A stretch of 64,000 nucleotides of DNA from an uncultured Chloroflexia bacterium (GCA_963781845.1 CAWAHN010000016.1:147409-211408), one strand, 5' to 3'. Numbered from the stretch's first letter, positions 27,394-37,079 are shown. The notes: generated from the letters alone by a model not told the origin. Translations and numbers: made by a program.

Positions 27394-28268
27394 GCGACGA
27401 CCGGAACTTCGAGCGGACCGCTCGGACCTGGCTCGAGCTCGGCCCCAGCGATGCCCCTGAGCGGGCGGTCGAGGCCGCATTGCTCGCCATCGAGACGACA
27501 CCACAGGAGCGGGCTCTTCGGATCCCGTGGAGGTTCCATACGATGAACACACCGGCCCGCGTGGCCGTGGCCGCCGTCATCGGCGTGTTGCTCGTCGGTT
27601 CGGCCGCACTGATCTTCGGTGGGCAGAGTGGCAATGGCGTCGGAGGACGCCCGAGTCCCGCGGCGAGCCCGGCGCCGAGCGGGACCCCCGCCCCGTCGGC
27701 CTCCGGCCAGGCCGCGACGCCGACCCCGGTCGTGATCCCGCCCCTCGCCGAGACCTACATCTCGCCGACCAAGGGGTACCGGATCGACCACCCGGCAGGC
27801 TGGACCGTCACCGGCTCGACGGCGGACTGGCCGGCCGGAGCGAACCTACAGTGGGGAGACCCGGCCCTCGATGAGCTGTCGGGACCGGGTGTGCGACTGG
27901 TGGCGACGTCGCAGGCGATCCCCGCCGGACAGACCGCGGACTCATGGCTTCAGGCACACCGATCGTCAACGACGCCCTGCACGGGCGGTGCCCCGGTCCC
28001 GAGGCAGGCGACGATCGATGGCCAGGTGGCCTGGCTCGCGATCGACGGCTGCAGCACCGATGGGTTCGGGGGGATCGTCACGCAGGGAGGCCGCATCTTC
28101 GACGTCTACGTCGTCAAGGCGGGCCGTGGCTACGACTTCACCCTCGATGGGAACGCGGATCACGCGTACTTCATGGCATTGCTGGACAGCATCAGATTGG
28201 ATCCGTCATCAGCCGTGTCCGCGACGCCGAAGCCATCTTCGTCGGCGTCGGGGGCCCCCACGCACTGA
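27390..28268 (+). CDS. Membrane partner of ECF sigma 1 (putative non-ZAS anti-sigma): N-motif, one TM, extracytoplasmic domain
   Basis: 4-nt overlap with the sigma gene. WLELGPSDAPERAVEAALLAIETTPQERALRIPWR, then a TM helix, then a PsbP/DUF1795-like GYRIDHPAGWT segment. Confidence 0.6.
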   Translation: MSDDRNFERTARTWLELGPSDAPERAVEAALLAIETTPQERALRIPWRFHTMNTPARVAVAAVIGVLLVGSAALIFGGQSGNGVGGRPSPAASPAPSGTPAPSASGQAATPTPVVIPPLAETYISPTKGYRIDHPAGWTVTGSTADWPAGANLQWGDPALDELSGPGVRLVATSQAIPAGQTADSWLQAHRSSTTPCTGGAPVPRQATIDGQVAWLAIDGCSTDGFGGIVTQGGRIFDVYVVKAGRGYDFTLDGNADHAYFMALLDSIRLDPSSAVSATPKPSSSASGAPTH

Positions 28269-28333
28269 GGTCGACCGGATCTGGCCAACGCTGTCCAAGC
28301 GGTGCACGTCGACGGACCTTCTGACGCGAAGAT

Positions 28334-28363
28334 CGAACCCTTGACACCCGTGGGCCACTCTTC
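28334..28363 (+). promoter_or_regulatory. Candidate ECF-type promoter (CGAAC-N19-CTCTTC) upstream of sigma gene 2
   Basis: Same architecture as the sites at 26767 and 29921. Confidence 0.3.
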
Positions 28364-28408
28364 TGTGTGACGCGCCGTTCCGGGCGTGTCCGGGATGGGG
28401 AGTGGAAC

Positions 28409-28963
28409 GTGCTCCGTGCACTCGTGGATCGAGCAAGGCAGGGCGACGAGGAGGCCTTCGGCGCCCTGGCTCGCACGGTCGGCGACCGTTGCATGGCGAT
28501 CGCGTATCGGATCCTTCGCGACGCCGACCTGGCCGAGGACGCCGTGCAGACGGCGCTCGTCTCGGCCTGGAAGGAGCTCCCGACCCTTCGCGATCCCGAC
28601 CGGTTCGAGCCGTGGCTCCACCGCATGCTCGTCCACGCCTGCTACGCCGAGGCCCGGCGGAGCCGACGCTGGGCGACGAACGTCCGCGCGCTCCCGCTCG
28701 ACGGGGCGATGGCCGCGGACGACGTCCTGACCGTCAACGACCGCGACCAGCTCGATCGGGGCCTTCGCCGGCTCCCGGTCGACCAGCGGGCCGTGCTCGT
28801 CTTCCACCACTACCTCGGGCTGACGCTGCCCGAGGTCGCGGATCGACTCGGCATCCCCGTCGGGACCGCGAAGTCCCGGCTCCACTACGCCTCGGCGGCG
28901 CTGCGCTCGGTCCTCGAGGCCGACGCACGGACGCCGTCTCTCTCCCAGGAGCGACCCGCATGA
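28409..28963 (+). CDS. ECF sigma-70 factor, paralog 2
   Basis: ARQGDEEAFGAL..AYRILRDADLAEDAVQTALVSAWKELPTLRDPDRFEPWLHRMLVHACY. GTG 28409 is chosen by alignment to the paralogs. The ORF is open from 28367. Confidence 0.85.
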   Translation: MLRALVDRARQGDEEAFGALARTVGDRCMAIAYRILRDADLAEDAVQTALVSAWKELPTLRDPDRFEPWLHRMLVHACYAEARRSRRWATNVRALPLDGAMAADDVLTVNDRDQLDRGLRRLPVDQRAVLVFHHYLGLTLPEVADRLGIPVGTAKSRLHYASAALRSVLEADARTPSLSQERPA

Positions 28964-29859
28964 CCGAACCGCGCGAGCCCGATCGTCTCATCCGAGCCGT
29001 GCTCGAGGACGGGCCGACCGTGCTTCCGGACCGGGTGCTGGAGTCCGTCCTGGGCGAGGTCCATCGAACGCGACAGCGGGCCGCTCTCGGCCCGTGGAGG
29101 ATCCAGCCCATGTCACGCACTGCACTCGCAGCCGCGGCGGTGATCGCCGTGGTCCTCGTCGGCGGGCTCGTGCTCGTCGGTCGGGGCCAGTCAGCCCCCG
29201 TCGTCGGAGGCCTGGCGACCGCGTCGCCCGCGCCCTCGCTCGCACCCTCGCCATTGCCGTCGAACCCGCCTTCCCCGGCGCCCTCCGTCGTAGCCTCGGA
29301 GGCACCGGCTGCGGTCGGTCCCCTGGCAGTCGGTACCACGTACCGGGCCAACGGCCTCAGTCAGCCCTTGAGCTTCGTCATGCCGCTCGGCTTCCCGTCC
29401 ACGGGCGTCGCTGTGACCGGCGATCCGTGGGCCGACGGGAACACGCTCCGCGTCTACTCGGAGGGGTTCTACGCCCTCACGATCCACGACGACGTGACCA
29501 TGGCCAAGGACCTGTGCAATGACACCAAGGGTCAGATCGACCTGCCGGCGACGCCCGACGCGATCGATTCGTGGCTGAGATCGAGCTCGCAGACGACCGT
29601 ATCCAAGACGACGTCACTCGAAGTCGACGGTCGAACGGCGTATCGCTGGGACCTGACCTTCGGCCCACGTTGCCAGCAGGTCCCACCGCCCTCAGGATCC
29701 GGGACGGAGGTCTGGATGGGGCCGCACGAGAAGCATCGCTTCTACGCGATCCCGACCGGCACGGACACGATCCTCGCGATCACCTGGGGGGATGGCGTGA
29801 ACGATGCCGCGATCGACGCGGCCGCCGACAAGCTCGTTCAGTCGATGACCTTCCCTTGA
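28960..29859 (+). CDS. Membrane partner of ECF sigma 2
   Basis: ATGA overlap with the sigma stop. DRLIRAVLEDGPTVLPDRVLESVLGEVHRTRQRAALGPWR, then a TM helix and a Pro/Ser-rich linker. Confidence 0.6.
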   Translation: MTEPREPDRLIRAVLEDGPTVLPDRVLESVLGEVHRTRQRAALGPWRIQPMSRTALAAAAVIAVVLVGGLVLVGRGQSAPVVGGLATASPAPSLAPSPLPSNPPSPAPSVVASEAPAAVGPLAVGTTYRANGLSQPLSFVMPLGFPSTGVAVTGDPWADGNTLRVYSEGFYALTIHDDVTMAKDLCNDTKGQIDLPATPDAIDSWLRSSSQTTVSKTTSLEVDGRTAYRWDLTFGPRCQQVPPPSGSGTEVWMGPHEKHRFYAIPTGTDTILAITWGDGVNDAAIDAAADKLVQSMTFP

Positions 29860-29880
29860 TCGGGATCCGCACAGGCTCCA

Positions 29881-29911
29881 CGACCCGACGGGCGTCTCGC
29901 TCGTCGGGTCG
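29881..29911 (+). terminator. Rho-independent terminator-like hairpin
   Basis: Perfect 10-bp stem CGACCCGACG/CGTCGGGTCG with an 11-nt loop, followed by TTCGATTCTT. Confidence 0.55.
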
Positions 29912-29920
29912 TTCGATTCT

Positions 29921-29949
29921 TGAACGGACGACTGCCCCTCACACTCTTG
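29921..29949 (+). promoter_or_regulatory. Candidate ECF-type promoter (TGAAC-N18-CTCTTG) upstream of sigma gene 3
   Basis: Same architecture as the sites at 26767 and 28334. Confidence 0.3.
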
Positions 29950-29996
29950 GATGAGTGGAACCTGCTCGACCGTGAGCGGGACACGAGGGGACGCGG

Positions 29997-30548
29997 GTGG
30001 ACCTGGACCTCGTCGAGTCGGCACGGAACGGTGACCGGGAGGCGTTCGCCATCCTGGCTCGGACGCGTGGCGATCGGCTGTTCGGGATCGCCCAGCGGAT
30101 CCTCCGCGACATCGACCGGGCCGAGGACGCCGTTCAGCAGACGCTGGTGATCGCCTGGCGCGAGCTGCCCCGGCTCCGCGATCCGGACCGGTTCGATGCG
30201 TGGATCACCCGCCTCCTCGTCCACAGCTGCTATGCCGAGGCGAGGCGGGTCCGCCGCCACGCCGCCAACATCCGGGTGCTGCCGGCTGACGGGCCGACGG
30301 CGCCCGACGAGATGCACTCGATCCTCGATCGTGACCAGCTCGACCGCGGGTTCCGGCGTCTGCCGCCGGAGCAGCGGGCCGTGCTGGTCATGCGCCACTA
30401 CCTCGGGCTGGAGCCCGGCGAGATCGCCGACTACCTGGGCATCCCGGAGGGCACCGCCCGTTCCCGACTCCACTACGCCCACCGCGCGATGCGGGCCGCC
30501 CTCGAGGCGGACCTGCGCCCGACGGCGGCCGGAGGACAAGCGTCATGA
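29997..30548 (+). CDS. ECF sigma-70 factor, paralog 3
   Basis: ARNGDREAFAIL..AQRILRDIDRAEDAVQQTLVIAWRELPRLRDPDRFDAWITRLLVHSCY. Confidence 0.85.
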   Translation: MDLDLVESARNGDREAFAILARTRGDRLFGIAQRILRDIDRAEDAVQQTLVIAWRELPRLRDPDRFDAWITRLLVHSCYAEARRVRRHAANIRVLPADGPTAPDEMHSILDRDQLDRGFRRLPPEQRAVLVMRHYLGLEPGEIADYLGIPEGTARSRLHYAHRAMRAALEADLRPTAAGGQAS

Positions 30549-31879
30549 CCCGACCGATCGACATCGAGCATGAGCTCGACCGGTGGTTCTCCGACGGCCC
30601 CGACGAGGTCGCCGACCGGGTCATCGATGCCGCCCTCGCCGACATCGACCTGACTTCACAGCGGTCGGCGGGTATCGGTCGACCGTGGAGGACCTCGACC
30701 ATGAAGCGATCCATGCCGATGATGGCAGCCGCCGCCTTCGTCGTATTCGTCGGGGCGGTCGCGCTCTCCTATCTCCTAGTCACGTCGCCGAAGGCGGCGA
30801 GCCCGTCGACCGCGCCGTCGACGGATCGTCCCGACGTCAGTCCGGCGGCGACGATCTCGACGGAGGGCTGGACGACCTTCGTCTCGACCCGCTGGGGTTA
30901 CACGATCGGCGTTCCCGCCGGGTGGACGCCGCGATTTAACGCGCGCGGCGACGTCGTCGAGGACCCGGCCCTCGACTGGTTCGCCTCGTCGGACCCGAAT
31001 GTGGCGTTCGCCGTGAGGTCGTGGCCGATCGACACCGGGACGACGCTCGATGGCTGGATCGAGTCGTACAATCCGGTCTCCCTGCGGTCCGACACGAGCT
31101 GGGGTCCGCGATGCTCCGTGCCCGCTGGGGGATGGCAGCCGATCGTCGTGGCGGGTCTTCCCGGCCTGATCCACGGCGGATCGCCGGACTGCTCGTACAC
31201 CGAGGCCGCCGCCATCACGGGCGATCGTGTCTACGTCTTCTCGGGCTTCGCCAAGGGCGGTGACATCGATCGGTCGACATTCGACACGTTCGTGGGATCG
31301 GCCCGCCTCGACCCGACCGCCATCGTCGTCCCGCCCTCGCCACCGCCGCCGCCGACGCCGACCCCCGGGCCGAGCCCGAACCCGGCGGTCGCGCTCGCCG
31401 ACGACGCCCAAGCCATGGAAGCGCTGATGCCCACGACGCTCTGTGACAAGCCCGCGACCGTTACCACTCTTGACCCAACCAGGATCCAACTCGCGATCCC
31501 GCCGGGGCATCCCTTCCACTACCGCTATGACTTCGCGACGATGGTTACGGACACGCTCATCGAGACCGGTCGCTCCCCTGGCGACGCCATCGTCGTCCTG
31601 GATGAAGTCACAGGCCCGTCCGCGTGTTCGGACCTCGGCGTGTTCCGGCTGAAGGGCGCCGATCCGATCGAGTTCGAGTCGGCCGTCCTCAAGTCCCCGC
31701 GGAGTGCGCCGTACGGAGTCTCGCGCTCGCTCGCAGGCAGGCAAGTCCATGTCGCCACATTCCAGGGCCCCGGTGGTGGAACGAGCAACACCTACCTCTA
31801 CTTCACGGGGGATGCCGTCTTCTTCTTCACCGCGCGGGACGATGCCTGGGCCAAGCACGTGCTGAGAACGCTGCCCTAG
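30545..31879 (+). CDS. Membrane partner of ECF sigma 3
   Basis: 4-nt overlap. LDRWFSDGPDEVADRVIDAALADIDLTSQRSAGIGRPWR, then a TM helix, WGYTIGVPAGWT and a PPSPPPPPTPTPGPSP linker. Confidence 0.6.
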   Translation: MTRPIDIEHELDRWFSDGPDEVADRVIDAALADIDLTSQRSAGIGRPWRTSTMKRSMPMMAAAAFVVFVGAVALSYLLVTSPKAASPSTAPSTDRPDVSPAATISTEGWTTFVSTRWGYTIGVPAGWTPRFNARGDVVEDPALDWFASSDPNVAFAVRSWPIDTGTTLDGWIESYNPVSLRSDTSWGPRCSVPAGGWQPIVVAGLPGLIHGGSPDCSYTEAAAITGDRVYVFSGFAKGGDIDRSTFDTFVGSARLDPTAIVVPPSPPPPPTPTPGPSPNPAVALADDAQAMEALMPTTLCDKPATVTTLDPTRIQLAIPPGHPFHYRYDFATMVTDTLIETGRSPGDAIVVLDEVTGPSACSDLGVFRLKGADPIEFESAVLKSPRSAPYGVSRSLAGRQVHVATFQGPGGGTSNTYLYFTGDAVFFFTARDDAWAKHVLRTLP

Positions 31880-31881
31880 CC

Positions 31882-33105
31882 TCAGTCCGGGAACGCCTCG
31901 GGCCCGCGCTCGGCGAGTGCTTCGGCCTCGCCGGGCGCGTCGGCCGACGGCAGCCAGGAGAACGGGTAGCGCGGGTCGTCGAGGCCGGCCGCCTGCTTGG
32001 TGATCCGCAGCGGCCGGAACGTATCCACCATCACGGCCAGCTCCTCGGTCGCCTCCTTGCCGATCGAGGCCTCGACCGTGCCCGGATGCGGCCCGTGCGG
32101 GATCCCGGCCGGGTGGAGGGTGAAGCTCGAGATGTCGACCCCGCGTCGGCTCATGAAGTTGCCGGCGACGTAGTAGATGACCTCGTCGCTGTTGATGTTC
32201 GAGTGGTTGTACGGCGCCGGGATCGCCAGCGGGTGATAGTCGAACTTGCGGGGCACGAACGAGCAGACGACGAAGTTGTGGGCCTGGAACGTCTGGTGGA
32301 CCGGCGGCGGCTGATGGACCCGACCGGTGATCGGCTCGAAGTCACCGATGTTGAAGATGTACGGCCACAGGTAGCCGTCCCAGCCGACCAGGTCGAACGG
32401 ATGGGTCGTGTAGTGGTACGCGGTCCGCCGTCCCCGCGCTTTGACGTGGACGCGGAACTCACCGACGTCCCTCCGCGCCGGGACCGCCCGTGGGACCCGG
32501 ATGTCCCGCTGCGAGTACGGGCTGTGCTCGAGCAGCTGGCCGTAGTCGTTCCGATAGCGCTTGGGGGGCTCGAGCTCGCTCGGGCATTCGAGCCAGAGGT
32601 GTCGCTGCTCCGACCCGGCGTCGGGCGCCAGGCGCCAGGTCGTCCCGATCGGGATGACGATGTAGTCGCCGGGGCCGTAGCGGAGCGGACCGAAGACGCT
32701 GTCGAACAGCCCGGTCCCCTCGTGGATGAACAGCATCTCGTCGGCTTCGCCGTTCCGGTAGAAGACGGTCTCCGGCATCGGGTCGGCCGGTCGGACGACG
32801 CCCAGGGTCACGTCGGCGTTGAAGAACAACGGGATCCGGCCGGTGATCGCGTCGCCCTTGGCCGGCAGGCTGGCGGTGTCGATCAGACGGTGGCGGTGGA
32901 CGCCGTCGTCGGCCTCCTCGAGCGCCACCGAGTCGAGCGCCTCGATCCGATGCGTCCGGGTCGGCGGCACGACGTGGTAGAGCAGCGAGCTCCGCCCGAC
33001 GAACCCTTCGACCCCGAACAGCTCCTCGGCGTAGAGCGAGCCGTCCCGCGCCCGATGCTGGGTATGGCGCTTGTGCGGGACCCTGCCGCGCGAGACGTAG
33101 AACAT
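31882..33105 (-). CDS. hmgA: Homogentisate 1,2-dioxygenase
   Basis: 407 aa. SLLYHVVPPTR, FNIGDFEPITGRVHQPPPVHQTF and HPAGIPHGPHPG. Confidence 0.8.
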   Translation of the reverse strand: MFYVSRGRVPHKRHTQHRARDGSLYAEELFGVEGFVGRSSLLYHVVPPTRTHRIEALDSVALEEADDGVHRHRLIDTASLPAKGDAITGRIPLFFNADVTLGVVRPADPMPETVFYRNGEADEMLFIHEGTGLFDSVFGPLRYGPGDYIVIPIGTTWRLAPDAGSEQRHLWLECPSELEPPKRYRNDYGQLLEHSPYSQRDIRVPRAVPARRDVGEFRVHVKARGRRTAYHYTTHPFDLVGWDGYLWPYIFNIGDFEPITGRVHQPPPVHQTFQAHNFVVCSFVPRKFDYHPLAIPAPYNHSNINSDEVIYYVAGNFMSRRGVDISSFTLHPAGIPHGPHPGTVEASIGKEATEELAVMVDTFRPLRITKQAAGLDDPRYPFSWLPSADAPGEAEALAERGPEAFPD

Positions 33106-33196
33106 CGCCGAGTCGACCTCCCCTGGCTCGGTCCAAGTCTACGGGCTAACTGACTCGCGAGGCCCGGCACCCCGCCCGGTCCGAGGCCGCGCTCGC

Positions 33197-33691
33197 TCAG
33201 TCCGACTCGGTCCGCCGCTCCATGAGGACGACGTCCCGCCAGCGGTCCGATGCGTCGCGCCCCAGGCGGTGCTGGATGCCGATCCGGCGGAACCCGGCTC
33301 GCCGATGGAGCGCGAGGCTGGGGGCGTTCTCCGGCAGGATCCCGACCATCAGGGTCCAGATGCCCGCCTCGTCGGCGGCCTCGATCGCCGCCGCGACGAG
33401 GTTGCTCCCGATCCCGCGGCCCTGCGCGTCCGGCGCCACGTAGACGCTCAGCCATGCGACGCCGGTGTAGGCGCGTCGACCGGAGAACGGCGACAGGGCC
33501 ACCCAGCCGAGCACCCGGTCGCCGTCGACCGCGACGAACCGGCCGTCGGGTCGATGCCCGATGTTCCAGGCCTCCCAGTCGGGGACGTCGCGTTCGAGCG
33601 TGGCATCTCCGGACTTGATCCCGGCGGCGTAGATGGCCTGGACCGCCGGCCAGTGCCCCGGACGCATCCGCTCGATCCGGGTCGCGCTCAT
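33197..33691 (-). CDS. GNAT acetyltransferase (phosphinothricin-N-acetyltransferase-like)
   Basis: WPAVQAIYAAGI..ATLE, VYVAPDAQGRGIGSNL and GILPENAPSLALHRRAGF. Confidence 0.7.
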   Translation of the reverse strand: MSATRIERMRPGHWPAVQAIYAAGIKSGDATLERDVPDWEAWNIGHRPDGRFVAVDGDRVLGWVALSPFSGRRAYTGVAWLSVYVAPDAQGRGIGSNLVAAAIEAADEAGIWTLMVGILPENAPSLALHRRAGFRRIGIQHRLGRDASDRWRDVVLMERRTESD

Positions 33692-34728
33692 CGAGGGCTC
33701 GCGCCGGGTCGCTCGACGATCGGCGTCCGGAGCTCGCCGAGCCGCTCGATCCGGGCGACGACCTCATCGCCCGGCTGGAGATACCGACCGAGGGTCTCGT
33801 CGCGGACCTCGAGCAGGCAGCCCGTGCCGACGGTCCCGCTGCCGATCAGGTCGCCCGGCCGGAGCCTGACGTCGGCTGACGCCCGCTCGAGCATCTGGCC
33901 GAACGAGAAATGGGCCGTCGACCACGACCCGCGCGTGACGGCCACGGTCGGTCCGTCAGCCGTCCGGACATCGACCGCCATCGCCAGGTCCGGTCCGGTC
34001 GCGCCCGGCGGTCTGGCGTCCGCGAGCTCGTCGGGCGTCACCAGCCACGGTCCGATCGTCGACGCGAAGTCCTTGCCCTTGGCCGGACCGAGCCGGACGG
34101 TCGTCTCGTCACGCTGGAGGTCACGCGCCGACCAGTCGTTGAGGATCGTGAACCCTCCGATCGCCTCCTCCGCCCGGTCCGCCGGGAGGTCACGCGCCGG
34201 CGTGTCGATCAGGGCGCAGACCTCGAGCTCGAAGTCGAGCTCGACGCTGTCGCGGGGAGCCCACACGGGATCGGCCGGCCCGCGGAGCTCGGAGACATTG
34301 CTGAAGTAGAAGATCGGCAGCCGGTACCACGCCTCGGGCACCTCGGCGTTCCGACGACCCCAGACCGTCGCGACGTGGCGCTCGAACGCGTAGAAATCGC
34401 GAAGGCTGGTCGGGTGGAGGACGGGCGGCCCGAAGACGAGATCCGCGAGATCGAGGATCGCCTCGTCCTCCTCCTCGGCCGGGACGAAGTGGTCGAGCAG
34501 CTCGCCGAGCGCCGCGACCCGCAAGCCGGCCGCGAGGTGGGCGTCGAGGGTCGAGATCGGGTGCCGGAACAGCGACCCTTCATGCGGGCGTCGAGGGTCG
34601 GCCGCGACCAGCCGTCGCCTCGCCGGTTCGAGGTCGAGCCACTCGGTCGCATCCGGGTCGAGCGCGGCTGCAAGCCGGTACGGCGTCCCCGCGGGAGCAT
34701 TGCGCTCGCGGACGTGGGCGACCTTCAT
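33688..34728 (-). CDS. Fumarylacetoacetate hydrolase-family protein
   Basis: FTILNDWSARDLQ, GPAKGKDFA and GDLIGSGT. 4-nt overlap with the GNAT gene. Confidence 0.75.
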   Translation of the reverse strand: MKVAHVRERNAPAGTPYRLAAALDPDATEWLDLEPARRRLVAADPRRPHEGSLFRHPISTLDAHLAAGLRVAALGELLDHFVPAEEEDEAILDLADLVFGPPVLHPTSLRDFYAFERHVATVWGRRNAEVPEAWYRLPIFYFSNVSELRGPADPVWAPRDSVELDFELEVCALIDTPARDLPADRAEEAIGGFTILNDWSARDLQRDETTVRLGPAKGKDFASTIGPWLVTPDELADARPPGATGPDLAMAVDVRTADGPTVAVTRGSWSTAHFSFGQMLERASADVRLRPGDLIGSGTVGTGCLLEVRDETLGRYLQPGDEVVARIERLGELRTPIVERPGASPR

Positions 34729-34784
34729 GGCGCCAGTCTAGCCAGCCATCCCGGTCAGGCCTGGAGGGCGCACTCGCCCGGCCC

Positions 34785-35255
34785 TCAGCCGGGCTTGAGG
34801 ACCATCAGCCAGACGAGCACGACCAGACCGAGCCCACCGACGGTGGCAAGGATGTCCGGTACCCGCGAGTCCAAGAGCTTGGCCAGGTCCTCCTCCGTGA
34901 TCGGCTCGGGGTTGGCGCCGTCCTTACCGCTCAAGCGATCACGGACGGGGTAGTAGTAGCGGGAGCCGACGAGGAACATCGCGGCCGTGACCAGGACGAG
35001 GACGAGGACCGATCCCCCGACCCACGCCTTGGACCAGAGGCCTCCCGATGATGCGGCGGCGACCCCGCCGATGGCCATGAGGATGAACCCGATCCCCGCC
35101 ACGTTCGTGGCCGTACGCGAGAGCGCCAGCGCGGCGATCACGTTCTCGACCTTCCGCTCCGTCCGGAGCCGGAACGACGTCACCATCGAGAAACCGTGGG
35201 CACCCACGAATATGAGCAACCCGACGAGGTGGGCGAACACGAACCAGGCGTACAT
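34785..35255 (-). CDS. Small integral membrane protein (DUF2269-like, 4 TM)
   Basis: GAGGAGGG lies upstream of ATG 35255. MYAWFVFAHLVGLLIFVGAHGFSM. Confidence 0.55.
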   Translation of the reverse strand: MYAWFVFAHLVGLLIFVGAHGFSMVTSFRLRTERKVENVIAALALSRTATNVAGIGFILMAIGGVAAASSGGLWSKAWVGGSVLVLVLVTAAMFLVGSRYYYPVRDRLSGKDGANPEPITEEDLAKLLDSRVPDILATVGGLGLVVLVWLMVLKPG

Positions 35256-35415
35256 CGGCCGACCCTCCTCTACATCGGTGGCGGAAAGGATACCCATCCT
35301 GAGACCGTCGGTCAGGGTACCGCTGGCTCGTCCGAGCAGGCCATGAGGACGCCGCCGCCCGATCCGGAGCGCCCGGTTCCCGAAGCGGCTCTCTGAACGC
35401 GGCCGAGGCCAAGAA

Positions 35416-35445
35416 TGAACGTCTCGGTCCGACGCCTCGCCATTA
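35416..35445 (+). promoter_or_regulatory. Candidate ECF -35-like TGAAC upstream of sigma gene 4; -10 element unclear
   Basis: ATGAACGT at 35415-35422. The downstream element does not match the CTCTT of the other three sites. Confidence 0.2.
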
Positions 35446-35490
35446 GAGTCGGACGGCGCCCCCGTTGGGCGCAGAAAGAGGCGGAGCAGG

Positions 35491-36042
35491 GTGGATCGCG
35501 ATCTCGTGGAGGCGGCACGGAACGGGGATCGGGAGGCATATGTCGACCTGATCCGCGTTCGCATGGACCGGCTCTTCGCGGTCGCGCAACGGATCCTGCG
35601 CGATGTCGACCGAACCGAGGATGCCCTCCAGGACGCACTGGTGATCGCCTGGCGCGACCTGAAGGGACTCCGCGATCCGGACCGGTTCGACGCGTGGCTG
35701 CACCGTCTCGTCGTCCACAGCTGCCTGACCCACGCGACGCGTGAGCGCCGCCGGGTCGCCAACCTGCGGGTCCTGCCGATCGACGGTCCGGCGGCCCCCG
35801 ACGAGCTCCTGACCGTCGCCGACCGGGACCAGCTCGAACGCGGGTTCCGACGGCTGCCGCCCGAGCAGCGGGCGATCCTCGTGCTCCACCACTACGCGGG
35901 CTATGGACCGTCCGAGATCGCCGAGACGCTCGGCATCCCGGCGGGAACGGCCCGCTCTCGACTCCATCACGCCCATCGCGCCATGCGCGCCGCCCTCGAG
36001 GCGGACGCTCGGGCCATGGTCAGGGAAGGTCGTCCGGCATGA
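35491..36042 (+). CDS. ECF sigma-70 factor, paralog 4
   Basis: ARNGDREAYVDL..AQRILRDVDRTEDALQDALVIAWRDLKGLRDPDRFDAWLHRLVVHSC. Confidence 0.85.
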   Translation: MDRDLVEAARNGDREAYVDLIRVRMDRLFAVAQRILRDVDRTEDALQDALVIAWRDLKGLRDPDRFDAWLHRLVVHSCLTHATRERRRVANLRVLPIDGPAAPDELLTVADRDQLERGFRRLPPEQRAILVLHHYAGYGPSEIAETLGIPAGTARSRLHHAHRAMRAALEADARAMVREGRPA

Positions 36043-37079
36043 ACCACGAACGCGACATCGACCGCCTTCTCGACCGCTGGCTGGGCGACGGCGCGACCGA
36101 GGCCCCGGACCGGGTCCTCGACGTCGTCACCGCCCGCATCGAACGTCAGCCCCAACGACCCGCATGGCGCCTCCTCTGGAGGGATATCCACGTGCGTGTC
36201 GAATCCCAGACCGCCGTTGTCGTCGGCGCTCTGACCGTTCTCGCAGTCGCCATCGTGGCCACGTTGATGATCACGTCGGCCCGTCCGGCGGCGATCGGCT
36301 CGTCTCCCACCCCCTTCGCCTCGGGAGCGTCCGTCGTGACGTCCCCCTCGCCGGAGGCCTCGCCGCTCGCGCCCAGCGCCGCCCCCACGGCGCCCGATGC
36401 ATCGTCGCCGAACGGGAACGCACCATCGTCCGCCGTGCCTCACCTACCGACCGCCGGCTGCGAGTTCTGGACGATGCCTACCGAATGTTCCGGCCCCGTC
36501 ACGGCCGGCACCCATTCCTCGGTGCGTTTCGGGGCGCCGTTCTCCTACACGGTGCCCAAGGGCTGGGTGAACTCAACGGACGACCCGACGCTCTTCGCGT
36601 TGGTCCGGCCGGAGACCGTCTCCTCCGAGGAGCGGATCCAGCTGTGGATGGACCCGCTGATCGCCAGTCAGGGCCTCGACAACTGCCTGAACAGGGCCAG
36701 CAGTGACGGCGTCCCATCCGTGGATGACTGGCTCTCGTTCCTGGCAGGCGAACAGGACCTGACCGTCACCTCACCGGCCCACATCGCACTCGGCAACGCC
36801 ACCGGAACCTATGTCGATGTTCGAATGACCGGTGATCCAAGGTATGTGTGCAACAAGTCCGGCCGAGCCCAACCTGTCGTGACACCCGTCACCGACGGGC
36901 GAGAAGGGGGGATGCACTGGTCCCTGACCAGAGATGTCCCTCAGCAATTCCTGTTCCTCGAGACGAAGGACGGAACGGTCGTCCTCGTCATCGTCGCCGA
37001 TGGCGGGACCGGGAAGAGCTTCGGGGCCATCACCAAGCTGGCGATGCCTGTCATCGAGTCGTTCACATTCGGGCACTGA
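36039..37079 (+). CDS. Membrane partner of ECF sigma 4
   Basis: 4-nt overlap. LDRWLGDGATEAPDRVLDVVTARIERQPQRPAWRLLWR, then a TM helix and a distinct extracytoplasmic domain. Confidence 0.6.
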   Translation: MNHERDIDRLLDRWLGDGATEAPDRVLDVVTARIERQPQRPAWRLLWRDIHVRVESQTAVVVGALTVLAVAIVATLMITSARPAAIGSSPTPFASGASVVTSPSPEASPLAPSAAPTAPDASSPNGNAPSSAVPHLPTAGCEFWTMPTECSGPVTAGTHSSVRFGAPFSYTVPKGWVNSTDDPTLFALVRPETVSSEERIQLWMDPLIASQGLDNCLNRASSDGVPSVDDWLSFLAGEQDLTVTSPAHIALGNATGTYVDVRMTGDPRYVCNKSGRAQPVVTPVTDGREGGMHWSLTRDVPQQFLFLETKDGTVVLVIVADGGTGKSFGAITKLAMPVIESFTFGH

